Notes under the pieces: generated by a model
What the model saw: only the letters and a program-made list of their open reading frames with translations
Database searches by the model: none
Told to the model about the DNA's origin: nothing
Shown: positions 14,367 to 26,234 of the stretch, in pieces
How the letters are laid out: the number at the start of each line of letters is the position of its first letter
Numbering within the stretch: position 1 is the stretch's first letter
Translations under genes and position numbers: made by a program
Assembly (NCBI GenBank): GCA_048128005.1
Contig: JBEUKZ010000054.1
Location: 868,001 to 932,000, forward strand
Source of the DNA: Veleropilina oligotropha
Lineage: Eukaryota
Length of the DNA: 64,000 nt
Direction: 5' to 3'

Positions 14367-15076
14367 AATTTATTTGAAAACTACCCGCTCAATTTTCACC
14401 AAAATTGGTACACACATTCCCAAGAGTATTTGTAGGTTGTGTATATAACTTTCGCGACACAATTTTGCAAAAATATGCATTTATTGAGCACTTTTATCCA
14501 TATTTGTATATAACTGATGTCTAATATTGCAAGCAAATGGCAATGACGTCATTACGACGTCGCCTTAGATTAATCGTCATTTGGTGACGTCACAATCGAC
14601 GGGGTAGTAAATTAAGCCATGAAGTACTTGCACTTAGCCATTGTATTAACTGTTATGGAAATTTGAGGGAAATAAAGAAAGGTCAAGACATATTTCGAAC
14701 GCGTCGTTCTTGTATATATATATATATATCCGTCGATTTATTTGAAAACTACCAGCTCAATTTTCACCAAAATTGGTACACACATTCTCAAGAGTATTTG
14801 TAGGTCGTGTATATAACTTTCGCACATTATTGCAATAATATGCATTTATTGGGTACTTTTATGCATATATGCTATATAACGTATGTCAAATATCAAGTAA
14901 ATAGCAATGACGTCATTACGATGACGCTTTAGATTTATCGTCATTGAGTGACGTCACATTCGACGGGGTGGTAAACTACTGTACATACACTTCGCCATTG
15001 TAACGTTATAACTGTTCTGAAAATTTGACGGAAACAAAGAAATGTCAAGACATATTTCGAACACGTCGTTCTTGTT
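14239..15076 (+). mobile_element. HINE-like element with tandemly duplicated body
   Basis: 5' hairpin ATGTCTTGACCTTTT..AAAAGGACAAGACAT, (TA)n, two ~360-bp direct copies each ending GTCAAGACATATTTCGAAC.CGTCGTTCTTGT. Confidence 0.6.
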
Positions 15077-16345
15077 ATTACATACATTAGGCTAGTGATT
15101 CTTGGATTCTTATTAATTTGTCACCGCTAAATTTCTATACCGCAATACTAGTAATCACTTTGCATCCGGCGACTAATCTGGCTATTGTTTATTCCAAGTG
15201 CCAAATTGGACTATTCCACATTAACAAGCAATTAATATACAAAAGGCTTTGATAAATAAATAAGTTGGCGATTCATTTTTCCACATGCCAATTAGATTAT
15301 ACAGTCAAAACATCGACAGTTGGCTTACATGTTTGTTTGTATACCGATCGACATCATTTTGAAAACCTGCATGTTGATATTTTTGCAACCGTTTGAAGTC
15401 TGAAAGTCGGGGGTCGGCTTATACACGCGACATACAAATAATTCTGGTTCCAAGATGGAAAGTTGGGGGGTCGGCTTATACGCGAGTATATACGGTATAG
15501 GGGCCTGTTCATTTTGTGAAGGCCCTGTAAATAATACTGTAGTGCCCGTAAGAAAATGATAATGATATTTTCTTCCAAAATGTTAGGGCCAGTTCATTTT
15601 GTGAAGGGCCTGTAAGAATTTTGTTAGGGCCAGTTCAAAATTTTGCAAGGGCCAGTTCAAAATTTTACGAATTTCATGCCCTGTATGTCATATAGCAATC
15701 TATCAATATGTGGGGCATTTGCCTGGCGATTTCGATTATTTTTTTATATTTTGTGACTTATCTTCGAGGGACTGTGTTATAGACCATTCCTCTAAAACCA
15801 TGTTCTATATTAGAAAGGTGTCAGCAGTCAGTGTTTGGCCTACTTTATCCATTCGTGCTGCCCAAATTTCTAAAGTTGTTTGACTAGATTGATGAACCTT
15901 TTCCAGCAGAGCTAGATAGGTCGAGAGGCCTCTTGTTTGTCTTATTCATCAAGAATTAGGAGGAATGTCCATTCTGGGTTCACTGGGTGCAAGGATGAAA
16001 TCAATTCTAGAAAACGCTAGCACGCAACCTAATGTTAGCAAAATATTAAAGTTGAACGATCAACAAGAAGCAACTAATTCACTCTGCAGAGCACAGGTTA
16101 AAGCTAGTACAGAATAAATATTCAAATAAAAAGAATGGGATCTTTATTAAGCAAGTAGATCAGTAGATTTAGAGTCCATCCGGCTGCCCATAACATTTGA
16201 ATCTTTTTGTTTAAATTGCCATAAAAGTATCAATTTTAAACCGGCATTTTTTAAAGTAGATTAAACTACAATATGGTGAAAAATTGTGAACATGTTGTTG
16301 TAAAACTATTAAACCGATTCAAACCAGATCTCATGATGCTCTCGA

Positions 16346-19290
16346 CTCATGGCCTTGATCAGTGATACTAATGGATCGTTTGTTTCTTTACAGGCACGTA
16401 TTCTGTTGGTGGCCAGGCGTCTTGCACGCCGTGTGCTGCTCTCATGGCCTTGATCAGTGATACTAATTTGATCATTTGTTTCTTTACAGGCACGTATTCT
16501 GTTGGTGGCCAGGCGTCTTGCACGCCGTGTGCTGCTCTCATGGCCTTGATCAGTGATACTAATGGATCGTTTGTTTCTTTACAGGCACGTATTCTGTTGG
16601 TGGCCAGGCGTCTTGCACGCCGTGTGCTGCTCTCATGGCCTTGATCAGTGATACTAATGGATCGTTTGTTTCTTTACAGGCACGTATTCTGTTGGTGGCC
16701 AGGCGTCTTGCACGCAGTGTGCTGCTCTCATGGCCTTGATCAGTGATACTAATGGATCGTTTGTTTCTTTACAGGCACGTATTCTGTTGGTGGCCAGGCG
16801 TCTAGCACGCAGTGTGCTGCTCTCATGGCCTTGATCAGTGATACTAATGGATCGTTTGTTTCTTTACAGGCACGTATTCTGTTGGTGGCCAGGCGTCTTG
16901 CACGCAGTGTGCTGCTCTCATGGCCTTGATCAGTGATACTAATGGATCATTTGTTTCTTTACAGGCACGTATTCTGTTTGTGGCCAGGCGTCTTGCACGC
17001 AGTGTGCTGCTCTCATGGCCTTGATCAGTGATACTAATGGATCGTTTGTTTCTTTACAGGCACGTATTCTGTTTGTGGCCAGGGGTCTTGCACGCAGTGT
17101 GCTGCTCTCATGGCCTTGATCAGTGATACTAATGGATCGTTTGTTTCTTTACAGGCACGTATTCTGTTTGTGGCCAGGCGTCTTGCACGCAGTGTGCTGC
17201 TCTCATGGCCTTGATCAGTGATACTAATGGATCGTTTGTTTCTTTACAGGCACGTATTCTGTTTGTGGCCAGGCGTCTTGCACGCAGTGTGCTGCTCTCA
17301 TGGCCTTGATCAGTGATACTAATGGATCGTTTGTTTCTTTACAGGCACGTATTCTGTTGGTGGCCAGGCGTCTTGCACGCAGTGTGCTGCTCTCATGGCC
17401 TTGATCAGTGATACTAATGGATCGTTTGTTTCTTTACAGGCACGTATTCTGTTGGTGGCCAGGCATCTAGCACGCCGTGTGCTGCTCTCATGGCCTTGAT
17501 CAGTGATACTAATGGATCGTTTGTTTCTTTACAGGCACGTATTCTGTTGGTGGCCACGCATCTTGCACGCCGTGTGCTGCTCTCATGGCCTTGATCAGTG
17601 ATACTAATGGATCGTTTGTTTCTTTACAGGCACGTATTCTGTTGGTGGCCAGGCGTCTAGCACGCTGTGTGCTGCTCTCATGGCCTTGATCAGTGATACT
17701 AATGGATTGTTTGTTTCTTTACAGGCACGTATTCTGTTGGTGGCCAGGCATCTAGCACGCCGTGTTCTGCTCTCATGGCCTTGATCAGTGATACTAATGG
17801 ATCGTTTGTTTCTTTACAGGCACGTATTCTGTTGGTGGCCAGGCGTCTTGCACGCCGTGTGCTGCTCTCATGGCCTTGATCAGTGATACTAATTTGATCA
17901 TTTGTTTCTTTACAGGCACGTATTCTGTTGGTGGCCAGGCGTCTTGCACGCCGTGTGCTGCTCTCATGGCCTTGATCAGTGATACTAATTTGATCATTTG
18001 TTTCTTTACAGGCACGTATTCTGTTGGTGGCCAGGCATCTAGCACGCCGTGTGCTGCTCTCATGGCCTTGATCAGTGATACTAATGGATCGTTTGTTTCT
18101 TTACAGGCACGTATTCTGTTGGTGGCCAGGCGTCTTGCACGCCGTGTGCTGCTCTCATGGCCTTGATCAGTGATACTAATGGATCGTTTGTTTCTTTACA
18201 GGCACGTATTCTGTTGGTGGCCAGGCGTCTTGCACGCCGTGTGCTGCTCTCATGGCCTTGATCAGTGATACTAATGGATCATTTGTTTCTTTACAGGCAC
18301 GTATTCTGTTGGTGGCCAGGCGTCTTGCACGCCGTGTGCTGCTCTCATGGCCTTGATCAGTGATACTAATGGATCATTTGTTTCTTTACAGGCACGTATT
18401 CTGTTGGTGGCCAGGCATCTTGCACGCCGTGTGCTGCTCTCATGGCCTTGATCAGTGATACTAATGGATCGTTTGTTTCTTTACAGGCACGTATTCTGTT
18501 GGTGGCCACGCATCTTGCACGCTGTGTGCTGCTCTCATGGCCTTGATCAGTGATACTAATGGATCGTTTGTTTCTTTACAGGCACGTATTCTGTTGGTGG
18601 CCAGGCGTCTAGCACGCCGTGTGCTGCTCTCATGGCCTTGATCAGTGATACTAATGGATCGTTTGTTTCTTTACAGGCACGTATTCTGTTGGTGGCCAGG
18701 CATCTAGCACGCCGTGTGCTGCTCTCATGGCCTTGATCAGTGATACTAATGGATCGTTTGTTTCTTTACAGGCACATATTCTGTTGGTGGCCAGGCGTCT
18801 TGCACGCCGTGTGCTGCTCTCATGGCCTTGATCAGTGATACTAATGGATCGTTTGTTTCTTTACAGGCACGTATTCTGTTGGTGGCCAGGCGTCTTGCAC
18901 GCCGTGTGCTGCTCTCATGGCCTTGATCAGTGATACTAATGGATCATTTGTTTCTTTACAGGCACGTATTCTGTTGGTGGCCAGGCGTCTTGCACGCCGT
19001 GTGCTGCGCTCATGGCCTTGATCAGTGATACTAATGGATCGTTTGTTTCTTTACAGGCACGTATTCTGTTGGTGGCCAGGCGTCTTGCACGCCGTGTGCT
19101 GCTCTCATGGCCTTGATCAGTGATACTAATGGATCGTTTGTTTCTTTACAGGCACGTATTCTGTTGGTGGCCAGGCGTCTTGCACGCCGTGTGCTGCTCT
19201 CATGGCCTTGATCAGTGATACTAATGGATCGTTTGTTTCTTTACAGGCACGTATTCTGTTGGTGGCCAGGCATCTTGCACGCCGTGTGCC
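16346..19290 (+). repeat. Tandem array of a 95-bp unit (three 96-bp variants), 31 copies, each an intron end plus exon start
   Basis: Unit CTCATGGCCTTGATCAGTGATACTAATGGATCGTTTGTTTCTTTACAG|GCACGTATTCTGTTGGTGGCCAGGCGTCTTGCACGCCGTGTGCTGCT; first start 16346, last start 19199. Confidence 0.95.
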
Positions 19291-21007
19291 GCCGGCCAGT
19301 CTTGCTCGTCCCCTTCGGCAGCTTCTGCGACTCCGTGCGCTGCCGGCTCATACGCGTTTTCTTCGTCGCCATCGTGCCAACCGTGCCCGGCGGGTTATCA
19401 GTGCCCGAATGTGGACGGATCGCAGAACTCCATGTGTCAGTCGGGCTACTACGCCATCGGTGGCGCCACCTTGTGTACAGCTTGTCCGGCTGGCAAGGCT
19501 TGTCCGAGCATCTATTCCGACGCGACCACAACGTGCACGCCAGGATCGTATTCCACGGGACTACAGCAAGACTGCACCAATTGCCCGCATGGGTTTGAGT
19601 GCCCCAGCACCACGGTCAACACGCAGACACAATGCAGCCCAGGCTTCTTCAGCATAGGAGGTCAGAGTTCGTGCACGATCTGTCCCGCTGGCAATGCCTG
19701 TCTCTCGATCTACAGCGACTACAAGATTGTGTGCTCCCCAGGGAACTATGCTGTGGCAGGATCAGTAACCTGTACTCCATGTGAAGCGGGAAAAGAGTGC
19801 CCTGATCCAACCATCATCAGTGTCAATTGTGCTTCTGGTTTCTACAGTCTCAGCTCACAGAGTGGTTGCACTCCGTGCCCCGCTGGTTACCAATGTTCAG
19901 CCGCAAACCAAGCGCCAGTGCTCTGCTCTATTGGTGAATACAGCCCTGCCCAGTCCACTACGTGTACGATTTGTAGTCTCGGCTACACGTGTCCAGCCGG
20001 AAGTACCCGGCAAGATCCGCCCGCGTCGCAATGCCCTCTCGGCTACTACTGCGCCGTTACAACCGGACCGGTTCCGTGCATTGCAGGAACTTACGGCCCC
20101 TCGGTAGGCCTCACGGCAGACACAGAGTGCACCCAGTGTCCGCAGGGCTACTACTGTCCAGCAGGTACGGCCGGAGTACCACAGTCCAGTCTGCTCTGTC
20201 GTCCAGGATACTACTGCCCAGCTGGCACCGATGCGTTTGACCAATATCCGTGTCCTGCGGGAACCTTTTTGCCTACTCCTGGAGGGGTGGCTGCGGATGA
20301 GTGTCTGACTTGCCCTGAGGGGAGGTACTGTGCTGCCGGCACAGATGACCCCCACTGTATAGGCTGCGTGTGCCCCAGAGGCAACTATTGCCCGACAGGA
20401 TCGGGCGCACCAACCAACTGCCCGGCCGGAATGTATACCGAAGAAACTGGCAGCACTGGACTCCAATTCTGTAAGGCCTGTTTGGCAGGGCATTTCTGCC
20501 TGGCGGGCACCCCCACACCGACTCCCTGTGATCGTGGAACATTCCAGCCCTATATGAGCCAACAAAGCATAACCGACTGCAACCCTTGCACCGCAGGGGA
20601 AGCATGCACGGATAACGGTCTGACAAAGCCCAACTACGCGTGCGATCCCGGACACTACTGTCCCGGTGGAAACGCCCAGCCAGATGAAGATCCGTGTCCC
20701 GCCGGAACGTACACAGATTTCAATAACCTGACAGCAGTGGAGCAGTGCATTATATGCCCATCAACCGTCGCCTGCCTGTCTGGAACTGGAGGGGTTCAAC
20801 AGCGACCAGTGGCATGCGCCCAGGGATACTATTGCCCCCAGGGAACTCAGTACGCCAACCAGTACCCCTGTCCGGCCGGCACGTTCACAAACCTGACGAA
20901 TCTGAATAGACAGGAGGACTGCTACGTTTGCCCGCGAGGATCGTATTGCGAAGAGGGAGCCGCGGCCCCTACGGGACTCTGCGCTAAGGGTCATTGGTGC
21001 CCTGATG
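19247..21007 (+). CDS. Giant Cys-rich repeat protein (GCC2/GCC3, Ephrin_rec_like type), exon a
   Basis: TTACAG acceptor, G|GTAAG donor; open frame of CPAGxYC/CxxCxxG repeats; GC-rich relative to introns. Confidence 0.9.
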
Positions 21008-21154
21008 GTAAGATATCTCTTTGAAATTATAAAATAAATAGCAAAAAATAGTGTTTCAATATCACGAGTCACATGGGTTGATCCTTGTGTGTTTTTAACT
21101 TTTCAAGTGGGTACTACCTCCAGAATTGACTGCCCATTTTAGGTGAAAGTTGTT

Positions 21155-21297
21155 GTTCACCTTACGTGACCTTGTTCACCTTACGTGACCTTGTTCACCG
21201 TACGTGACCTTGCGTGACCTTGTTGACCTTGCGTGACCTTGTTGACCTTGCGTGACCTTGTTGACCTTACGTGACCTTCACCTTACGTGACCTTGTC
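21155..21297. repeat. Short minisatellite, ~19-bp unit GTT(C/G)ACCTT(A/G)CGTGACCTT
   Basis: About 7 direct copies. Confidence 0.8.
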
Positions 21298-21494
21298 ATT
21301 TTGTACATGAAATGATTTATGTGTTGCATCTACCATAGCGGAGGATTATTATAATGCATTTAATTAAATCTGTTAATTATTTGCAGAGATGTGATTATCT
21401 ATGTGAAATCATGGTATTGTAAATACTAACTAATTAAATGTATTGTAAAATAAAAAATTAGGAAAGATATCCAACAAATTATTAAAAGCTTGCA

Positions 21495-22820
21495 ACATTT
21501 ATTCGCCCCATCGGTATACTCATTTATTCCCCCATCGGTATACTCATATATTCGCCCCATCGGTATACTCATTTATTCCCCCATCGGTATACTCATTTAT
21601 TCGCCCATCGGTATACTCATTTATTCCCCCATCGGTATACTCATTTATTCGCCCCATCGGTATACTCATTTATTCCCCCATCGGTATACTCATTTATTCG
21701 CCCCATCGGTATACTCATTTATTCCCCCATCGGTATACTCATATATTCGCCCCATCGGTATACTCATTTATTCCCCCATCGGTATACTCATTTATTCGCC
21801 CCATCGGTATACTCATTTATTCCCCCATCGGTATACTCATTTATTCCCCCATCGGTATACTCATTTATTCGCCCCATCGGTATACTCATTTATTCCCCCA
21901 TCGGTATACTCATATATTCGCCCCATCGGTATACTCATTTATTCGCCCCATCGGTATACTCATTTATTCGCCCCATCGGTATACTCATTTATTCCCCCAT
22001 CGGTATACTCATTTATTCGCCCCATCAGTATACTCATTTATTCCCTCATCGGTATACTCATTTATTCCCCCATCGGTATACTCATTTATTCCCCCATCAG
22101 TATACTCATTTATTCGCCCCATCGGTATACTCATTTATTCGCCCCATCGGTATACTCATTTATTCCCCCATCGGTATACTCATTTATTCGCCCCATCGGT
22201 ATACTCATTTATTCCCCCATCGGTATACTCATTTATTCGCCCCATCAGTATACTCATTTATTCCCCCATCGGTATACTCATATATTCCCCCATCGGTATA
22301 CTCATATATTCCCCCATCGGTATACTCATTTATTCGCCCCATCGGTATACTCATTTATTCGCCCCATCAGTATACTCATTTATTCCCCCATCGGTATACT
22401 CATATATTCCCCCATCGGTATACTCATTTATTCCCCCATCGGTATAATGTAATGTGAAGATTTATCTGCGCTTTCCCACACATATGAAATGCGTGCTCAA
22501 AGCGCTTACATTATTATTCCCCTGGTTATTGGCCTGTTCATTCATATTCCTTCTCAACTCTCTCTGAGAGTATTACGGTCAAGTGCATGCCTGTTAGGCG
22601 CTTGACCAGTCATTCTGACATATTCTGCCACTGCCAACCAGGTACCCATTTAGATCTCAGTATACTCATTTATTCCCCCATCGGTATACTCATTTATTCG
22701 CCCCATCGGTATACTCATATATTCGCCCCATCGGTATACTCATATATTCGCCCCATCGGTATACTCATTTATTCGCCCCATCGGTATACTCATTTATTCG
22801 CCCCGTCGGTATACTCATTT
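21495..22820. repeat. 24/25-bp minisatellite (ATTTATTC(G)CCCCATCGGTATACTC), interrupted at ~22446-22656
   Basis: About 39 copies, then the insert, then about 6 more copies. Confidence 0.92.
22446..22652 (-). mobile_element. Probable SINE 3' fragment with L2-like tail
   Basis: Minus strand reads TAAATGGGTACCTGG (SINE-core-like) ... AAGCGCTTTGAGCAC...GAAAGCGCAGATAAAT..ACATTACATT, resembling an L2/SINE 3' stem-loop and short repeat tail. Confidence 0.5.
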
Positions 22821-22907
22821 GCAGCTGATTTTTACATAATTATGTATTCATTAAATTCGAGCTGTATAGTTATCCCATCAACTGATTTTCGGTCTTTGTC
22901 CTTGTAG

Positions 22908-23049
22908 GAACACCGACGGCCATGACGCGCCCATGTCATGCCGGATCGTACAGCAACGTCCTGGGAAACATCCGCCATGAGCAATGCATCGACTGTCCGC
23001 TCGGTCAATATTGTCCTGAGGCGTCCATTCTGCCTACTGATTGTGCAGC
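22908..23049 (+). CDS. Cys-rich repeat protein, exon b
   Basis: TTGTAG|GA...GC|GTAAG; encodes TPTAMTRPCHAGSYSNVLGNIRHEQCIDCPLGQYCPEASILPTDCA (frame missing from the ORF track); phase 1 to 2. Confidence 0.88.
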
Positions 23050-23569
23050 GTAAGCTAACCCTGTTGACCTATATGTATACCTATATGTACACGCATAGAA
23101 TGCTGTTCATCGATAAGCTTTTTATTCACCTTCCAATTAGCATACTCCTTGCACGAAATCGCAGAGATTATCTCAATTAAGCAAGTTGTTGGTGTCAACT
23201 AAGATATTTTCTCGGCAACGTGTTAATCAATTTATTATTAATTAACAATGATGGCAATAATGTTTCTTTCTTGGGCAATGAATAGCGCGGGGAAGAAACT
23301 TGGTTTCGTCTTGCCAATGTATTAACTTTCCTGACCTGTTTGAACATATGTATATATATCAGGCTAAATAAATAATCATGCAAGTCGACAAAACAAATAG
23401 ATTCCAAAGCATGGACCATATTCTTGCATTACCGATACCATATATATTAAATATTTATGCTTCTGTGACAATGTTCTATAATCTTTAGCTGCATAGTGCT
23501 TTGGCAGAATTGAATAGTTATAAGATGTCAAGGCTATAGCTATACAATAATGAGATTTCTTTGTTTCAG

Positions 23570-25296
23570 TGGCACTTACAACCCAGTGTACGAGGCGCCC
23601 GACATCTCCTATTGTCTCCCCTGCATTGCGGGATATTTCTGTCCAACGCTGGTCACCACCGCCGTGCAGCCCTGCACCAAGTCGTATTATTCTGATACGG
23701 GCGCGTCCGTCTGCACGCTCTGCGAGGCGGGCCACTACTGCGACGACAACGCTACGAGCATCACCTTGATGACGAATGACATGATCTGTCCCGCTGGCTT
23801 GGAGTGTCTGCCCGGACGGAGCGCGGTGCCAGATTTAATCAATGACAAATGCCGCCTTGGTCACTACTGTCTCCGCGGCGACATCAACCCACTGCCCACT
23901 CCTTGTCCAAAAGGAACTTTCAATGGACAGTATGGTCTCGCCGAACTCAGTCAGTGTGAGCAGTGTACTCCGGAATTCTACTGCATTCCCGACGGTCTGA
24001 TGGCTCCATCTGGACCCTGTCCCGGAGGATATTTCTGTCCGTTAGGAACAGCGGAACCGGACACTTATCCTTGCCAGATTGGCTTCTATAGAAATGGCTC
24101 CGCCAAAGCCACATTTCTAGACTGTACGGAGTGCATATCAGGCTTTTACTGTGACCAAGAAGGGTTGGCGGAGCCGATTTCCTGCCCTGCCGGTTACTTC
24201 TGTGTTGCGGGAATCACGACGCCCCAGCCCTGCCCGCTGGGTACATACAGCAATTCCTTGGAGCTTCGACGGAGCACGGACTGCGCACCTTGTCCTGGAG
24301 GATATTATTGCGATGGCCTGGGGCAGACATCGCCCACCGGACCGTGCGACGCTGGGTTTTATTGTCGCGAGAGGGCATATACATCCGCTCCCCCAGAAGG
24401 CTTGACCGGTGGTGCCTGCCCAGCTGGTGGGTATTGTCCTGCTCAATCTGCCGTAGCCACAGCATGTCCAGTCGGACGTTACAGCAAGTCGGTTGGAGCC
24501 AAGAGTGCATCTGACTGTATTCCATGTGATCCTGGGTTCTACTGCGCTGGGTCCAGCAGCACGGAGGCATCGCGAGAATGCTCGGCGGGGTTTTATTGTA
24601 CTGGTGAATCGGGGATTCCTACCCAGCACGAGACTCCAGCGGGTCACTACACACTGTCCGGCGCCTTCAAACCTGAACCGTGCCCAATTGGTCGGTACCA
24701 GCCGGCAATGCGGTCGGCGTTTTGTCTCATCTGCCCACAGGGCTACTACTGTAACGGAACTGGGACGGTCACCCAGACCCTCTGCCCCGAGGGCTACTAT
24801 TGCCCAGAGGGCAGCGAGTTTCCTACACCATGCCCACGAGGAACATTCTTGAAAGATGTTGGCAAATACCAAGAGGATCACTGCAACCCGTGCACGCCAG
24901 GTTATGCATGCGAAGTGTTCGGTTTGCCCGATCCCGTCACCCTCTGCCACGCAGGCCACTACTGCAGCTCCCAAGCCAACACGTCGACCCCTATCGACCT
25001 GCAGCCCTACGGGGATCTGTGCCAACCTGGATATTACTGTCCGGAGGGAACAGCAGAATATGTCCACAATCCGTGTCCGAACGGAACATTCAGCAATTAC
25101 TCTGGAAACCAGGCGGAATCGGACTGCTCCCTCTGTGAACCCAGTAAGGTCTGCTTTGGAGAGGCGCTGACTGCACCTAATGGCATCTGTGCCGCAGGGT
25201 ATTTCTGCAGGAATGGTGCGAAGACGGATAAACCTCGCGATGGAGGAACCACTGGAGATCTGTGCACCGTGGGATCGTTCTGTCCGGTCGGAACAG
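23570..25296 (+). CDS. Cys-rich repeat protein, exon c
   Basis: TTTCAG|T (phase 2) ... G|GTCAGT; long Cys-rich ORF. Confidence 0.9.
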
Positions 25297-26042
25297 GTCA
25301 GTTGGTTTTTGATACTTGTCTTTTAAAAAGGTATGCAATTCATATTTTGTCAGAAGTCAGGAGATGTGACCTATTTAATTTACTATTTGCATATAAAAGA
25401 TTATAAAGTGAATAATTCTATGTTTTGTGTAAAATATGGAAAGTAAGCTCCGCTGTGATTGATAAGTTTATTTAGTTGAAACAAAATGCTTTCTCGCATA
25501 TTAGTACAATGTTCGTCACAACCTAAAATTGTAAGATTGTGGATTTCATAAATACAGAAACATGCACAATTATGAAGTACATTTAATTAAAATGTAACAA
25601 TAAATAAACACGAAAAGGTGGATGCATGTGTTCCAATCATATTTAGAATGTGTACATTTTCTATCAATTTAAAAAAAATGTGTAACTGATCATCAGTTTA
25701 AATTTGATTTGCGACCACATTTTAACAACTTTTCAGTTGTCTACTTGATGAATCTTTCTTCATACAAAAAATACGTACGTAGAGAACAGAGCTCTACATT
25801 TACAGTACATATCAACAGGCCTTTTGTTTTAAATGGAATAAACTTTAAGTTGTGATTATATTTTGATTCAGGGTTGAAAGTAAAAATATAATAGGGCAGG
25901 TTGATGGTGACAGTCATTTTGAGCATCTCATGAGATATTATGACCTATAAATGAAGATTGCATTCGTTTGAAACTTGGTTGCTACTGGTAACTGTTTCTA
26001 TTTCTTTATATGATTCGTTTTCCATACTATTTCATATTTCAG

Positions 26043-26234
26043 CTGAACCAACCGGCTGTCCGCCAGGATACTTCACAAATATCACCGGCTTGGACTACTG
26101 CTATGACTGCCCGTCTGGCTACTACTGCACCGACGGTGAGACACCTTTGAAATGCTCCAGAGGCCATTACTGTCCCGTCAACACCGGATTGAATCAGCCG
26201 CCGTGTCCGAGAGGAACCTACAACCCCGATCTGG
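26043..26234 (+). CDS. Cys-rich repeat protein, exon d
   Basis: TTTCAG|CT ... G|GTCAGT; EPTGCPPGYF...CPRGTYNPDL. Confidence 0.88.

Larger units (their letters stand above)
9131..15495. mobile_element. pogo/Passer-type non-autonomous element, TA TSD; left TIR interrupted
   Basis: TA|CCGTATAT[insert]ACTCGCGTATAAGACGA ... TCGGCTTATACGCGAGTATATACGG|TA; TIR resembles that of the transposase-coding element at 26369-30667. Confidence 0.8.
8457..15683. mobile_element. Non-autonomous CAGGG...CCCTG element with 5-bp TSD (hAT5-like)
   Basis: TATGT at 8452-8456 and 15684-15688; removal restores the host MITE arm; subterminal AGGGCCAGTTCA/GGGCCTGT repeats at ~15500-15660. Confidence 0.75.
7710..15776. 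mobile_element. Long-TIR MITE with CAC...GTG ends; right arm split by a 7.2-kb insertion
   Basis: Left arm ~7710-7925 is the reverse complement of ~8330-8456 joined to 15689-15776 (CACAGTCCCTCGA / TCGAGGGACTGTG). No clean TSD. Confidence 0.8.
7055..15938 (+). mobile_element. HINE/DINE-1-like element, interrupted by a nest of insertions (7710-15776)
   Basis: 5' part (~7055-7650: GAGCTTTACTGATACC, (GTCC)n, internal tandem units) and 3' end GCAGAGCTAGATAGGTCGAGAGGCCTCTTGTT (~15906-15937) both match the second copy at 56968-58858. Confidence 0.6.

Noticed and set aside
16346..19290. CRISPR-like or multi-exon cassette (Dscam-like) interpretation of the 95-bp array
   Set aside because: No unique spacers, no cas genes, eukaryotic context; units are near-identical and lack a convincing GT donor after the exon fragment.
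21490..22452. 320-aa ORF and similar ORFs at 36407-36997, 43942-44948 and 28819-29211
   Set aside because: Translations of mini- and microsatellites; no coding signal.
19897..25067. Long antisense ORFs over exons a and c and over the DIRS ORFs
   Set aside because: Expected shadows of GC-rich coding sequence; no recognisable motifs.
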